A DNA stretch of 24,938 nucleotides from positions 1-24,938 of the forward strand of contig JABLTI010000034.1 in the NCBI GenBank assembly GCA_013166835.1. Direction: 5' to 3'. This document shows positions 1-9,728 of this stretch, piece after piece. The notes beneath the pieces were generated by a model. That model had not been told where the DNA came from, searched no databases, and saw only the letters and a list, made by a program, of their open reading frames with translations. Position 1 is the stretch's first letter. Each line of letters starts with the position of its first letter. The position numbers and the translations under genes are program-made. Source of the stretch: Promethearchaeati archaeon (GTDB lineage Archaea; Asgardarchaeota; Heimdallarchaeia; JABLTI01).

Positions 1-129
1 ATATGATGCATTTGGAGTAACATTATTACCACCTACTTCACTAGGAGCTACCTGAGCATCTCCCACAAATGCTGGGAGGAAGAGAAGAAGTGACATTATT
101 GCTACTGCATAGATTATTTTCTTTCTCAA
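1..129 (-). CDS. 5' part of a secreted/surface protein (runs off window)
   Basis: Manual translation from TTG at 129: MRKKIIYAVAIMSLLLFLPAFVGDAQVAPSEVGGNNVTPNASY..., a signal-peptide pattern (basic N-terminus, hydrophobic core, GDA/Q); GAGGAG SD at 139-144 (minus); frame open to window edge. Not in ORF track. Confidence 0.8.
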   Translation of the reverse strand, partial: MRKKIIYAVAIMSLLLFLPAFVGDAQVAPSEVGGNNVTPNASY

Positions 130-349
130 AATTATTTACTCCTCAATAATTTTATTCTAAAGATGCTTTAGCATGTAGCTAATATTATCCCATTATGAAC
201 TTTGCATATTTTAACTTTTCATAGGTGACATAAGAGAGGGTTTATTCAACAAATCAATAGTTTAATTAGGAACTAACCTAGAATTCTGTCGATAAAATCG
301 TACAATTAACGTTAAATTGAATAATTTAAAACAAAAACGGTGTATTCCT

Positions 350-1507
350 ATGCGATATTTAGTCTTAGGTTCAGGATTGATGGGTCGAGCAGCAGCTTTT
401 GATCTTCTTCGTCATGATGACACAAAAGAATTAATTTTAGCAGATATAGATGAGAGTAATTTAAAATCAGTTGCTGATTTTCTTAATGATTCTAGAGTAA
501 AGACTGTAGTTCTTGATGCAAAAGATAAAGCTCAAGTTTGTGAAGTTATGAAAGGAATTAATTCAGTAATGGCTTGCATTTCTTATACATTAAATTTTGA
601 TTTAACAAAAGCAGCCATAAAATCTGGAGCTAATTTCTGTGATCTCGGGGGGAATAATACTGTCGTTGCTAAACAATTCACACTATCAAAAGATGCTGAA
701 AAAGCTAACGTAACTGTAATACCTGATTGTGGTTTTGCACCTGGTGTTGCCAGTATTTTTGTTGAAAATGGAGCTTCTAAATTAGATACAGTTGAGGAAA
801 TTCACATTCGCGTAGGTGGGTTACCTCAGGATCCAAAACCACCTTTGAATTATTCGCTTATTTTTGCAGTTCAAGGTTTAACAAACGAATATATTGAGAT
901 TGTTGAAGTAATAAGAGATGGAAAATTAACTAAAGTAGAACCCTTAACTGAAATAGAAGAAATTGAGTTTCCAGAACCTTTTGGGAAACTCGAAGCATTT
1001 CAAACTTCAGGTGGAACATCTACTCTTCCTAAAACTTTCCTTGGTAAAGTAAATGAATTAGACTACAAAACAATTCGATACAAAGGTCATTGTGATAAAA
1101 TGAAAGCAATTTTAGACCTTGGTTTCAAAAGCTATGATAAAATCGATTTCCAAGGTTGTAAAATTTCTCCTCGTGAATTTCTAGAGACAATGCTTGTGAA
1201 GAATTTAACACATGAAAACACAAAAGATCTCTCTTTAATGAGAATAGAAGTAATTGGTTTCAAAGACAAGAAGAAAATGAAAATCTCTTATCAAATAATA
1301 GACTACTATGACGAAGAGAATAATCTCACATCTATGATGCGTATGACTTCATATCCAGCAGCAATTATCGCTCGAATGATGGCAATTGGTGATGTCAAAA
1401 AGAAAGGTGTTGTAACACAAGAATATAATGTTCCATCTGATCTTATGTTGGAAGAATTACGTAAGCGAAATGTCAACATAGAATACAAAGAAGAAGAGAT
1501 TAACTAA
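350..1507 (+). CDS. Saccharopine dehydrogenase-like / lysine 6-dehydrogenase family NAD(P)-dependent oxidoreductase
   Basis: Rossmann LVLGSGLMG right after ATG 350 (GGTG upstream); DLGGN, PDCGFAPG, HIRVGGLP, YKTIRY, TSMMRMTSYP motifs typical of the family. Confidence 0.85.
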   Translation: MRYLVLGSGLMGRAAAFDLLRHDDTKELILADIDESNLKSVADFLNDSRVKTVVLDAKDKAQVCEVMKGINSVMACISYTLNFDLTKAAIKSGANFCDLGGNNTVVAKQFTLSKDAEKANVTVIPDCGFAPGVASIFVENGASKLDTVEEIHIRVGGLPQDPKPPLNYSLIFAVQGLTNEYIEIVEVIRDGKLTKVEPLTEIEEIEFPEPFGKLEAFQTSGGTSTLPKTFLGKVNELDYKTIRYKGHCDKMKAILDLGFKSYDKIDFQGCKISPREFLETMLVKNLTHENTKDLSLMRIEVIGFKDKKKMKISYQIIDYYDEENNLTSMMRMTSYPAAIIARMMAIGDVKKKGVVTQEYNVPSDLMLEELRKRNVNIEYKEEEIN

Positions 1508-1974
1508 TCAACTGGTCTTTCAAACTCTAAAATTAAATTGTATTGGTTTTGTGTTTCTATTGCACATGGTCGGATTTTTCTGACCATTTTTATTGCTTTT
1601 TCACCATCAAGTGTTCCATATATGAATCGTTCTGCGAGAGCAAGCATTAATCCAGTTCTTCCACAACCCGCCCAACAATGAACTAATACTTTTTTCTTCT
1701 CTTTAATTGCTTTAGAGACTATATCTAAGAATTGTTCAATATGCTCATTTTTCGGTATATCATAATCTGTGATAATTAATTCATAATGCTCAAAATCTGT
1801 TTTAATTTCGTTATAATTTGGATGTTCATGTATTCCTTCATCCAATGAAATAATTATATCAATTCCTAATTGTTTAATTTGCAACAAATCGTCTTCGGTT
1901 TCAGGCATAGCTGAACCATATAATTCTAGCTCTTTGTAAGTATAAATATCAAAAGTCTTCATTTCTCGTGCCAA
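1504..1974 (-). CDS. Dual-specificity / protein-tyrosine phosphatase (Cx5R)
   Basis: VLVHCWAGCGRTG P-loop, acid-loop Asp (ITDYDIP), VRKIRPCAIETQNQ C-terminal motif. Start TTG 1974 or ATG 1962. Confidence 0.9.
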   Translation of the reverse strand: MAREMKTFDIYTYKELELYGSAMPETEDDLLQIKQLGIDIIISLDEGIHEHPNYNEIKTDFEHYELIITDYDIPKNEHIEQFLDIVSKAIKEKKKVLVHCWAGCGRTGLMLALAERFIYGTLDGEKAIKMVRKIRPCAIETQNQYNLILEFERPVD

Positions 1975-1982
1975 CTGTTTCT

Positions 1983-2555
1983 TTATTCATTATCATCTAG
2001 CCCCCAGAATTTCTTTTCAGCCCCAGCAGCTTCTTTTCGTTTGCGAAGTGTTTCTGGATCTGCTAATTCTTCGTCTTCTTCATCTGGTTTTCTTTCAAGT
2101 TTCTTTGCACGAATATAATACGAGATAATTGATATAGCGATTATAAACGCTGCAGCAATTCCTATAGTCCTTCTTACAGGATTATTTCCTCCCGCGTATG
2201 GATCAAAATTCAATTCCATATCAAAATGTCCTTCAGATAATCCATTTGTTGATAATATGAAAAGGATACTTGTTGTATTTAATATGTATAATTCTTCACT
2301 TTCACCAATAGAAATTTCTTTCATTACTCCATTAACTGTAGCATTAACAGGATCACCGGAAGTTACAGTTATAGTTATGCTGCCATTATAATATACAGTT
2401 GCTTCTATATCCAGCATTGTCTTTGTTTCATTATTAAGAGCAAAATTTTGCGTTGTATTAGAAGCAGCAACTACTAAATTACTTATAGACAAAAATCCAA
2501 GTATTATGATAAAAATAAATGGAACGAGTTTTTCTTTAATTTTAGAATTGTTCAT
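1983..2555 (-). CDS. Hypothetical single-pass membrane protein (signal peptide, small beta-rich ectodomain, charged cytoplasmic tail)
   Basis: N-terminal hydrophobic stretch, several N-x-S/T sequons, TM IGIAAAFIIAISIISYYI then RAKK; ATG 2555 overlaps the hflX 3' end. Confidence 0.75.
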   Translation of the reverse strand: MNNSKIKEKLVPFIFIIILGFLSISNLVVAASNTTQNFALNNETKTMLDIEATVYYNGSITITVTSGDPVNATVNGVMKEISIGESEELYILNTTSILFILSTNGLSEGHFDMELNFDPYAGGNNPVRRTIGIAAAFIIAISIISYYIRAKKLERKPDEEDEELADPETLRKRKEAAGAEKKFWGLDDNE

Positions 2556-3987
2556 TTTTCGAGGTTCCTTTCTTTTGTTCTTCAAGTGAGGTTATTTTAC
2601 TCAATTTTTCAGGTTCATCCAGTAATTCTATATTCTCTTCATCTGCTTTCTCTTCTACGAGATCAAATATAACAAATTCTTCACCAGATTCAGTTTTAAT
2701 TATTGTATAACCATCTTCTTTTGGTTCGGTATCTTTTTTCTTTAATTGCTTCAATAGAATTTCTTCATTAGTAATTTCGACTTTCAAATTACTTTTCTTA
2801 ATAGTGTTATAGAGATATCTGCCTAGTCTTTCATTAGTTTCAAATTTCATTTCTATAACTTTTTCATGAAATATTTCTTCTGTAATTCTTGTTTTGTCAT
2901 GAATTCGGGAAACTAAGGACATGCCTTCATTAGTATTAGGTATTTTCAAATGAAAACGATATGTTTCAAGAATATTTAGAATTTCAAGTCTAAGTGCATC
3001 TATATTGGTATCATCTTTTGCACTTATCATTATTGGTTGTCTTTTTAATGCAGCTTTAACAATTTCCAGTTTTTCCTCTCTATTTTGGGCAATATCCATT
3101 TTGTTTAGAACAGGAATTAATGGTATTGCTTCAGCTTCAATCGCCCCTAAAGTATTCATTGATGCTAGAACTTTCATCTTTATGTTTTCCACTGAATCAT
3201 TACAGTCAATTAATAATAAGACTAAATCAGCATCTGTTACTTCTTTCAGGGTGGCATAAAAGGCATCCATTAAAACGTGGGGGAGTCTGGAAATGAATCC
3301 AACTGTATCTGTGATTAATATTTTTCTTCCGTCTGCGTCGAAACTTCTTGTTGTCGTATCTAATGTTGTAAACATTCTTCCACTTATTTCAACTTCAGCT
3401 TCAGTAAAGGCATTCATTAGAGTACTTTTTCCAGAATTAGTGTACCCAGCAATTGCTACTAAATCGAATCCTGATTTCAACCTTCTTTTTCTTCTCAAAT
3501 CCTTTGACATCTTTATGAGATCTAATTTTTTCTCTAATTTCCTTATTATGACGTTTCGAGATGTAACACTTCTGTGACTTTCTAAACGCGACCCGCCTTC
3601 CTTCTTTAAGGCAGCTAAACGAATCTGAGTCAGTGCTTCTTGAGTTCCAGCTTTCTTAACAAATATCTCAAGTATAAGCTCAAATCGATCAATGATTTCT
3701 ACATGCCACATTTTTCTTAAATTATCTAATTGAATTGCATCAAACTTGTTCTCAATTATCACTACATCTGCGTTTAATTCCTTTATTCGACCTTTGATTT
3801 GCTTTGCTTTTCCTTTTCCAAATAAATAGTCAGGATGTAATCTATCAGTTTTTTGAGTTATTCTATCTACGACTTCATAGCCTGCAACAAATGCTAATTC
3901 AGATAATTCAGCTAAGTGATCTCCTATCCTTCTATCGACTATTACCTCTGCTAGAATAGCTCTTCTTTTTTGGATTTTGCTTAGCAT
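2542..3987 (-). CDS. hflX: Ribosome-associated GTPase HflX
   Basis: YLFGKGK and IIDRFELILEIF N-domain motifs; G1 GYTNSGKST, G2 FTTLDTT, G3 DTVGFI, G4 NKMD, G5 ISAK; GGTGATC SD at 3992-3998. Confidence 0.92.
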   Translation of the reverse strand: MLSKIQKRRAILAEVIVDRRIGDHLAELSELAFVAGYEVVDRITQKTDRLHPDYLFGKGKAKQIKGRIKELNADVVIIENKFDAIQLDNLRKMWHVEIIDRFELILEIFVKKAGTQEALTQIRLAALKKEGGSRLESHRSVTSRNVIIRKLEKKLDLIKMSKDLRRKRRLKSGFDLVAIAGYTNSGKSTLMNAFTEAEVEISGRMFTTLDTTTRSFDADGRKILITDTVGFISRLPHVLMDAFYATLKEVTDADLVLLLIDCNDSVENIKMKVLASMNTLGAIEAEAIPLIPVLNKMDIAQNREEKLEIVKAALKRQPIMISAKDDTNIDALRLEILNILETYRFHLKIPNTNEGMSLVSRIHDKTRITEEIFHEKVIEMKFETNERLGRYLYNTIKKSNLKVEITNEEILLKQLKKKDTEPKEDGYTIIKTESGEEFVIFDLVEEKADEENIELLDEPEKLSKITSLEEQKKGTSKNEQF

Positions 3988-4202
3988 CCGAGATCACCTT
4001 AATGTTTTTCTCTATTTATTTTCAAGTTTAACTAAATAAAAGTTAGTTGGTAAATATCCTATTTTATAGATTATAAACAAAGCAAATAAAAGAATATAAT
4101 CATTTACTTGAAAATTGAAGGGATAATACTCATAACTATGAAGGTATTATCATGTTATTTGTTTAAGAAAACTAAAAAACATTCTATTGTGAGATGAATT
4201 AA

Positions 4203-4586
4203 ATGACTGAAGATATTCACGAGAAAAATCCAGAGGAAATTGAAGAACGAATTAAAGAATTAGATGAAATTCTCAGTAAAGATGAAAAAAATATTTCAGC
4301 ACTTTTAGAAAAATCCTCTTGCTTACGTCATCTTGATAAACATAATGAAGCAGTAATAGTCCATGATTTCTTACTAACACTAAACCCTATAGATATTGAT
4401 TACTTATTTATGAAAGGTTTAGTGTTGATTGAAGCTTCACGATTTGAGGAAGCATTACAGTACTTTGACTCAATACTCGAAATTAATCCAGAGCATCGAG
4501 ATGCATTGTTCAATAAAGGATTAGCTTTGAGAAAACTTGGAAAAGAAACTGAAGCCAAAGAAACAATGATAAAAGCATTAAAATAA
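4203..4586 (+). CDS. TPR-repeat protein
   Basis: About 3 TPR-like repeats (e.g. KGLVLIEASRFEEALQYFDSILEINP, ALFNKGLALRKLGK). Confidence 0.85.
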   Translation: MTEDIHEKNPEEIEERIKELDEILSKDEKNISALLEKSSCLRHLDKHNEAVIVHDFLLTLNPIDIDYLFMKGLVLIEASRFEEALQYFDSILEINPEHRDALFNKGLALRKLGKETEAKETMIKALK

Positions 4587-4665
4587 AAATAATAACAGAT
4601 TGAATTGCTAGGTGTATATTTATAATAACTAATTTGAATTTTATATTGTATGGAATGGATCAGAA

Positions 4666-5733
4666 ATGGATGAACAACCTACTCAAGATTTTGAATCTAA
4701 TATCACTTCGAAAGTAAAAAATGCCAAAGAGAACCTGCAAAATATTGTGAAAGAACTTAAGAAAATCGAATATCCATTCTTTGATTTACCTACACAAATC
4801 AATCCGAGGAAAATTGCTGCTTTAGATGGTGGGGGATTCTCAGAAGATTTTGTAGGTTTAACTATAATACCATCACGTGCAGCAGGTGCTATCTTCGAGC
4901 AAAATGAAAATCCAATTTGGATTGAAGAGGATGATGTTGAAATCCTAACTATGGATGACGATCCTAGGAATTTTGGATCTCTTTTTCGGGATTTACTCGA
5001 GGTGAATGTTGCATTAAAACTTGCAGAAATGAAACCGGACATCCTTTTCCTTGATGGATCCATAACTAATTTTGCTTACAAAGGTATTCCTCATAGTCTA
5101 AGATTTTACTTGGAGGATATAGATAGTATTGATGAAGGATCATATATTGAGAAATTCTTTAGTCTTTATCAGAAATTTATTCAAACCGCGTATGAATTGA
5201 TCACCAAATGCATATTGAATGATATAGTTCTGGTTGGTGTTTCCAAGGATTCTCGAGCGAATATATTGATCAAACATTTACACAAAGATTCAAAGAAACA
5301 TCCACCAATTAATGATGTGTCTTTGATCAATATTATTTCAAATGGTAAAGCAGGATTTACTAAGCCACTTAAATTTGCTCCTAAAATCAGTCCCGTAAGA
5401 CAAAAAGTTTGGAAAGCAGCAAACGTGTTTCAGGAAGATGAATTGCAATCTTTCTATCTTAGTTACTTCGTTTTAAAGGATGGAGCTCAACCCATACGAG
5501 TTGATTCTCTTTTACCACAAAAGAATCGATTAAAGGAAATTCAAGAAGCAATGGTCACATATCATGATGGCAATGGTTTCATCACACCCGCTTATCTAAC
5601 TCATAAAAAAGCTCACATGTCACATGATTATGGCTCACGTATTGTTAATCTCGTAGTTGAAAAAATTTTTCATGAATCACCAGAAGTTTACCAAGTATTT
5701 ATGTCTAAAAGACGAAGAGATATTATTCAATAA
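4666..5733 (+). CDS. nurA: NurA-family (RNase H-like fold) nuclease
   Basis: IAALDGG, LEVNVA, LFLDGSI, VGVSKDS and a C-terminal G..P..L.H..A-like motif (GFITPAYLTHKKA) follow the NurA motif order. Confidence 0.75.
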   Translation: MDEQPTQDFESNITSKVKNAKENLQNIVKELKKIEYPFFDLPTQINPRKIAALDGGGFSEDFVGLTIIPSRAAGAIFEQNENPIWIEEDDVEILTMDDDPRNFGSLFRDLLEVNVALKLAEMKPDILFLDGSITNFAYKGIPHSLRFYLEDIDSIDEGSYIEKFFSLYQKFIQTAYELITKCILNDIVLVGVSKDSRANILIKHLHKDSKKHPPINDVSLINIISNGKAGFTKPLKFAPKISPVRQKVWKAANVFQEDELQSFYLSYFVLKDGAQPIRVDSLLPQKNRLKEIQEAMVTYHDGNGFITPAYLTHKKAHMSHDYGSRIVNLVVEKIFHESPEVYQVFMSKRRRDIIQ

Positions 5734-5811
5734 GCAGATCATATCATCCTCTTTTATTTTTACAAGTCACTATCGAAATATATTTTATGTATAAGCGAAA
5801 ATATAACTACT

Positions 5812-6810
5812 ATGCCTAAAGTGGGAAATGAGAAAACAAAAGTTATTCTATTTTGTGGTCTATCTAACGCAGGAAAGACAACAATTCTCAATATATTTAC
5901 TAAAGGTGACGTTTTCAAAACAGCTCCAACTTTAGGTGTCTCTCTTAGTACGCTCCAAGCGAAAGATATGAATTTTCGCATTTTCGATTTAGGTGGCCAG
6001 GAAAAATTCAGAGAAGAAGTAACTCCTCTTCTGCCTTTTGCAGATTTGATAGTTTTTGTTGTTGACTCTGGAAATAAGAAGGATCTCAAAGAAGTTTCAA
6101 AAGAATTCAAAAGAATCCTAAGCAATACCCAGAAGAAGCTTGTTCCTATATGTATCCTAAGACATAAATCTGATCTTAAGAAAACCATCAAAGAAAGTAC
6201 TTTGATTAGCAAGTTGGGTATGAAAGGAGTTCTTAACAGATCTTGGGAAATGATAAGTACAAGCGCTGTAACTCTTGAAGGTTTAAAAGAAGTCTATAGT
6301 TGGATTTTAAGGGAGACAACAGGAGAAGTTCCTGAATTCAAAGTGGATAAGAAAAAAGAAGAAGAATACTCATTTCATTATCCTTGTCCAATGGTGAAGG
6401 TAATGGATGGTGGGGCTACTTTTTGTTTGAATCAAGATCAATTTATTGAAACAGAACTTACTAGTTTCGGATTTCATGATGAAGTTAGTAAAATGGTTTT
6501 GGAAATAATTCCTGATCTTAGAAAGGAATCCTTGGAGAATTCCGGCAGAGATATTTGTACGGATTTCTGTATTCTAAAAAATGGTGAGAAAATCCTTAGA
6601 TGTCCTGTAACTACTAAACAAATAGTGACCAGGAGTATCAAAGTCACTCATAAAAGATATGAAGATGCAGTTATATTATCACAAATCTATGGCGTTAAAA
6701 TTGGTTCAGAGATATGTCGTGAATGCATCTATAAAATCATAATTTCTCCTGATACAATTCTCAGTGAAGAGGATATTAAGAGCTTGCAGAAATCAATCAT
6801 TCAGAGTTAA
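5812..6810 (+). CDS. Arf/Arl-like small GTPase fused to a Cys-rich C-terminal domain
   Basis: G1 GLSNAGKTT, G2 PTLG, G3 FDLGGQEKFR, IVFVVDS, G4 variant HKSD, G5 TSAVTLEGL; about 150-aa extension with 7 Cys. Confidence 0.88.
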   Translation: MPKVGNEKTKVILFCGLSNAGKTTILNIFTKGDVFKTAPTLGVSLSTLQAKDMNFRIFDLGGQEKFREEVTPLLPFADLIVFVVDSGNKKDLKEVSKEFKRILSNTQKKLVPICILRHKSDLKKTIKESTLISKLGMKGVLNRSWEMISTSAVTLEGLKEVYSWILRETTGEVPEFKVDKKKEEEYSFHYPCPMVKVMDGGATFCLNQDQFIETELTSFGFHDEVSKMVLEIIPDLRKESLENSGRDICTDFCILKNGEKILRCPVTTKQIVTRSIKVTHKRYEDAVILSQIYGVKIGSEICRECIYKIIISPDTILSEEDIKSLQKSIIQS

Positions 6811-6865
6811 TTCTAACCACAATTTTCTTGCTATTAGATAAATTCAAATGAAATAGTTAACAACA

Positions 6866-6873
6866 TTATATAA
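6866..6873 (+). promoter_or_regulatory. Putative TATA box of polB (probably leaderless mRNA)
   Basis: TTATATAA starts 31 nt before ATG 6897, no SD in between. Confidence 0.5.
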
Positions 6874-6896
6874 ATCAATAATTCCTGTGTTGTGCA

Positions 6897-9650
6897 ATGG
6901 TAGACTTATCTGAATTCTCTTTTATGTTAATTGATCTTGATTATAAAATAAAAGATACAGATAATTCACCAACAATAAGATTATTTGGCAAAACAGAAAA
7001 GGAAAAAGTAATTGTAACCATTAATGATTTTCTACCTTATTTCTATATTACACATAAAAAGGGTATAAAGGAGTTCATCAAAAAAGATCCAATTATTAGG
7101 AAATGGAAACTACACTTTGAAGAAACTAAGAAAAAAAGGTATTTTGGGGGTGAAGAATTAAAGCTAATTAAATTATCTGGCTCCCATCCAGAACAGACTC
7201 CAACAGTTAGAACACGATTTGAAAATGCAGATTATGAAATACACGAAGCAGATATTCCTTTTGTCAAACGATTTTTATTAGATCTTGGCATTCGTGGTTT
7301 GAATGTTCTTACTGTAAATTCAACAAATTTCAAGAAAGAAAAGAACACTGTTTTTGTAAATGCCAGTTACAAGCAAATAAAACCTGCATCAAAAGAAGTT
7401 GTCAGTTCTGCAGATTATTTTTATAAATTAAAAATTATGGCTTTTGATATCGAAATTGATCATCTACAAGAAACTATTCAGCATATACTGAGTAGTAAGT
7501 CCAAAAGAATAGTTGCAATTTCTACTGTTTGGGGAACTAATCAATTTGATAGTAGAGGTAAAACATTCATTCTTCAGGGAGATACCAATCAAGATGAAAT
7601 TAGATTGATTCAGGAATTCATTGATGAAGTTAATAGCATACAACCAGATGTCCTAATCACATTTAATGGAGATAATTTCGACTTTCCATATCTCCTTGCT
7701 AGAATGGAAAAATTATCCATTCCCTCAGCTTTATTCTCAATTTTTCAAAATGATTCGGTATTCTATTCAACTCGCAATCGCTGCTATAGAATCAAGGGAC
7801 GAATTTCTTATGACATTTCACCTAGAACTTGGGGGATTCACCCTATATCAGGCAAAAAGGGTTTAGGAGACATAGCAGAAACTGTACTTGGGTACGGAAA
7901 AATCGAAATAGAAAAGTCCACTGGTGAATTATGGAGATCAGGATTTTTACATGGTAACAAAGCGAATCGAAAGAAGCTTGAGGAATATTCGCTTACTGAT
8001 AGTAAACTAACTTACGAATTAACTTGGAAATTAGGGGTTCAAGGATGGCTTGAGGTAATACGATTAACTGGTTATCCTCCAGGCGAAGGTCCAGGAAGCA
8101 CAGAAAGAATCCAAGGTGAATTTGAACTTATGAGGTTCGCTGGAATACAAGATGTTTTGATACCGATGGCACCTAGTGATGATGAAGTTGCTAGAAGGAG
8201 AATTGAAAGGAAGAAAAATCCACACACGGGGGGAACAGTACTAATTCCTAAAGGTACTTTACACTTTGGCGTAATTATCAGTGATTTTCGGAGTATGTAT
8301 CCTTCTGTTTGTGTCGCCCATAATATAGGAGGGGAATCTCTCAAAAGAGTGAAGGATATTGAAGATGCTAATCCACTTGAGTTATTCCATGCAAAACCTC
8401 AATCATGTTTATCATTAATGGAAGATTCCCTTATTCGACGTCGTGAACAAACGAAAGAAGCAATAAAAATACTAGATCAAAAATTAGAAAATATAACTGA
8501 TGAGAAAATGAAAAAGAGATTATCAGAAGAACGAGTGATTCTTGACAAAGAACAATATTCAATGAAAATCGTTGCTAATAGTATGTATGGAAGTCATAAT
8601 TATATTCGAAGCCGATTTTATTCTATTACACTTGGTAATGCAATTACAAATATCGCAAGAACCTATATTCTTCAAATGGAAAAACTTCTGAAAGAGGTTT
8701 CCAAAAAGATTACTCCGGTTGATATTATCTATGGTGATACTGATTCTGCGTTCATAAAAATACTCGATGAGTCTTTTGTAATAAATGCCTTTAATGAAAA
8801 AAATCCCAAGAAAAAGCAAAAGTATCTAGAAAAGCTAAAGGATATCACTAATTCGATTCTCAAAAATCTTAATTCTAAATTCCCTGAAGCTATGGAATTA
8901 ACTTTAGAAGATATTGCCTACAGATTAATTTTCAAGCCAGGGAGAGCAAAAGCATATAGCTATTACAGTATTTTATCTGGAAAATTAAAGATCACAGGTT
9001 TTGAAGCAGTTCGTTCTGATTGGTCTATGCTTTCTCGAGACTCACAAAAGAAAGTTCTAGAATTAATCCTAACAGAACCTGTTTTGAAGAAGAAAGTTGA
9101 AGATGATGATGTTGATCCAGGCATGATTAAAGCAAAACAATATCTTATTGATTTAGGTCTTGAAATTCTCCAAATGTCTGCTGAAGAACTGATTCCAAAA
9201 GCAGTTATTCTCTCGCCAATTAAAAAAGAACCTGGAAAATATAAATCAAAAATGCCAGCTGTTCAAGCATTTCTTGATTTTGCTAAAAGAGAAGGATTGG
9301 ATCCAACAACAGCATGGAAGGATTTTGATAAATTTCAATGGGTAATAACTCCTGGCAAAGGTATTCTAAGTGATCGCGCTAAACATCCTAAATATGCTAC
9401 AGAAATTGATCGCGAGCATTATCTTGCAGAAATTTTACGAGCTTCAGAGGGATTTGGATTAAAAGTTTCATTACAAGAAATTAAGAATAAATTGACAACT
9501 GAGCCAATTGATGAAATCTTCAAGCGGATATCTGACGATACAGTAACTGAAGAAATTGCAGAGGATTTTGAATCAGAAAAAGAAAATGAAAAGAAGACTC
9601 ATACAAAACAAATGAAACTAAGTAAATTCTTTGAAAATGAGGAAAACTGA
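6897..9650 (+). CDS. polB: Family B DNA polymerase (archaeal PolB3-like, divergent) with 3'-5' exonuclease and PIP box
   Basis: ExoI AFDIE, ExoII FNGDNFDFPY, ExoIII YSLTD; motif A DFRSMYPS, B KIVANSMYG, C YGDTDS; GFEAVRSDW; N-terminal DLDY/FLPYFY/EADIPF; C-terminal QMKLSKFF. No intein visible. Confidence 0.95.
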   Translation: MVDLSEFSFMLIDLDYKIKDTDNSPTIRLFGKTEKEKVIVTINDFLPYFYITHKKGIKEFIKKDPIIRKWKLHFEETKKKRYFGGEELKLIKLSGSHPEQTPTVRTRFENADYEIHEADIPFVKRFLLDLGIRGLNVLTVNSTNFKKEKNTVFVNASYKQIKPASKEVVSSADYFYKLKIMAFDIEIDHLQETIQHILSSKSKRIVAISTVWGTNQFDSRGKTFILQGDTNQDEIRLIQEFIDEVNSIQPDVLITFNGDNFDFPYLLARMEKLSIPSALFSIFQNDSVFYSTRNRCYRIKGRISYDISPRTWGIHPISGKKGLGDIAETVLGYGKIEIEKSTGELWRSGFLHGNKANRKKLEEYSLTDSKLTYELTWKLGVQGWLEVIRLTGYPPGEGPGSTERIQGEFELMRFAGIQDVLIPMAPSDDEVARRRIERKKNPHTGGTVLIPKGTLHFGVIISDFRSMYPSVCVAHNIGGESLKRVKDIEDANPLELFHAKPQSCLSLMEDSLIRRREQTKEAIKILDQKLENITDEKMKKRLSEERVILDKEQYSMKIVANSMYGSHNYIRSRFYSITLGNAITNIARTYILQMEKLLKEVSKKITPVDIIYGDTDSAFIKILDESFVINAFNEKNPKKKQKYLEKLKDITNSILKNLNSKFPEAMELTLEDIAYRLIFKPGRAKAYSYYSILSGKLKITGFEAVRSDWSMLSRDSQKKVLELILTEPVLKKKVEDDDVDPGMIKAKQYLIDLGLEILQMSAEELIPKAVILSPIKKEPGKYKSKMPAVQAFLDFAKREGLDPTTAWKDFDKFQWVITPGKGILSDRAKHPKYATEIDREHYLAEILRASEGFGLKVSLQEIKNKLTTEPIDEIFKRISDDTVTEEIAEDFESEKENEKKTHTKQMKLSKFFENEEN

Positions 9651-9728
9651 AGAATATTTCTCAAATTATTTAATTACAAAAATAAAATAATTTTAATTAT
9701 ATAAAAGAAGAAAAATGGGGAGAAGATT

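Noticed and set aside
6897-9650. PolB as the marker of a casposon/provirus, or containing an intein
   Set aside because: No Cas1, integrase, capsid or terminal repeats; no TPR1/TPR2 insertions of protein-primed PolBs; motifs A-B-C are uninterrupted.
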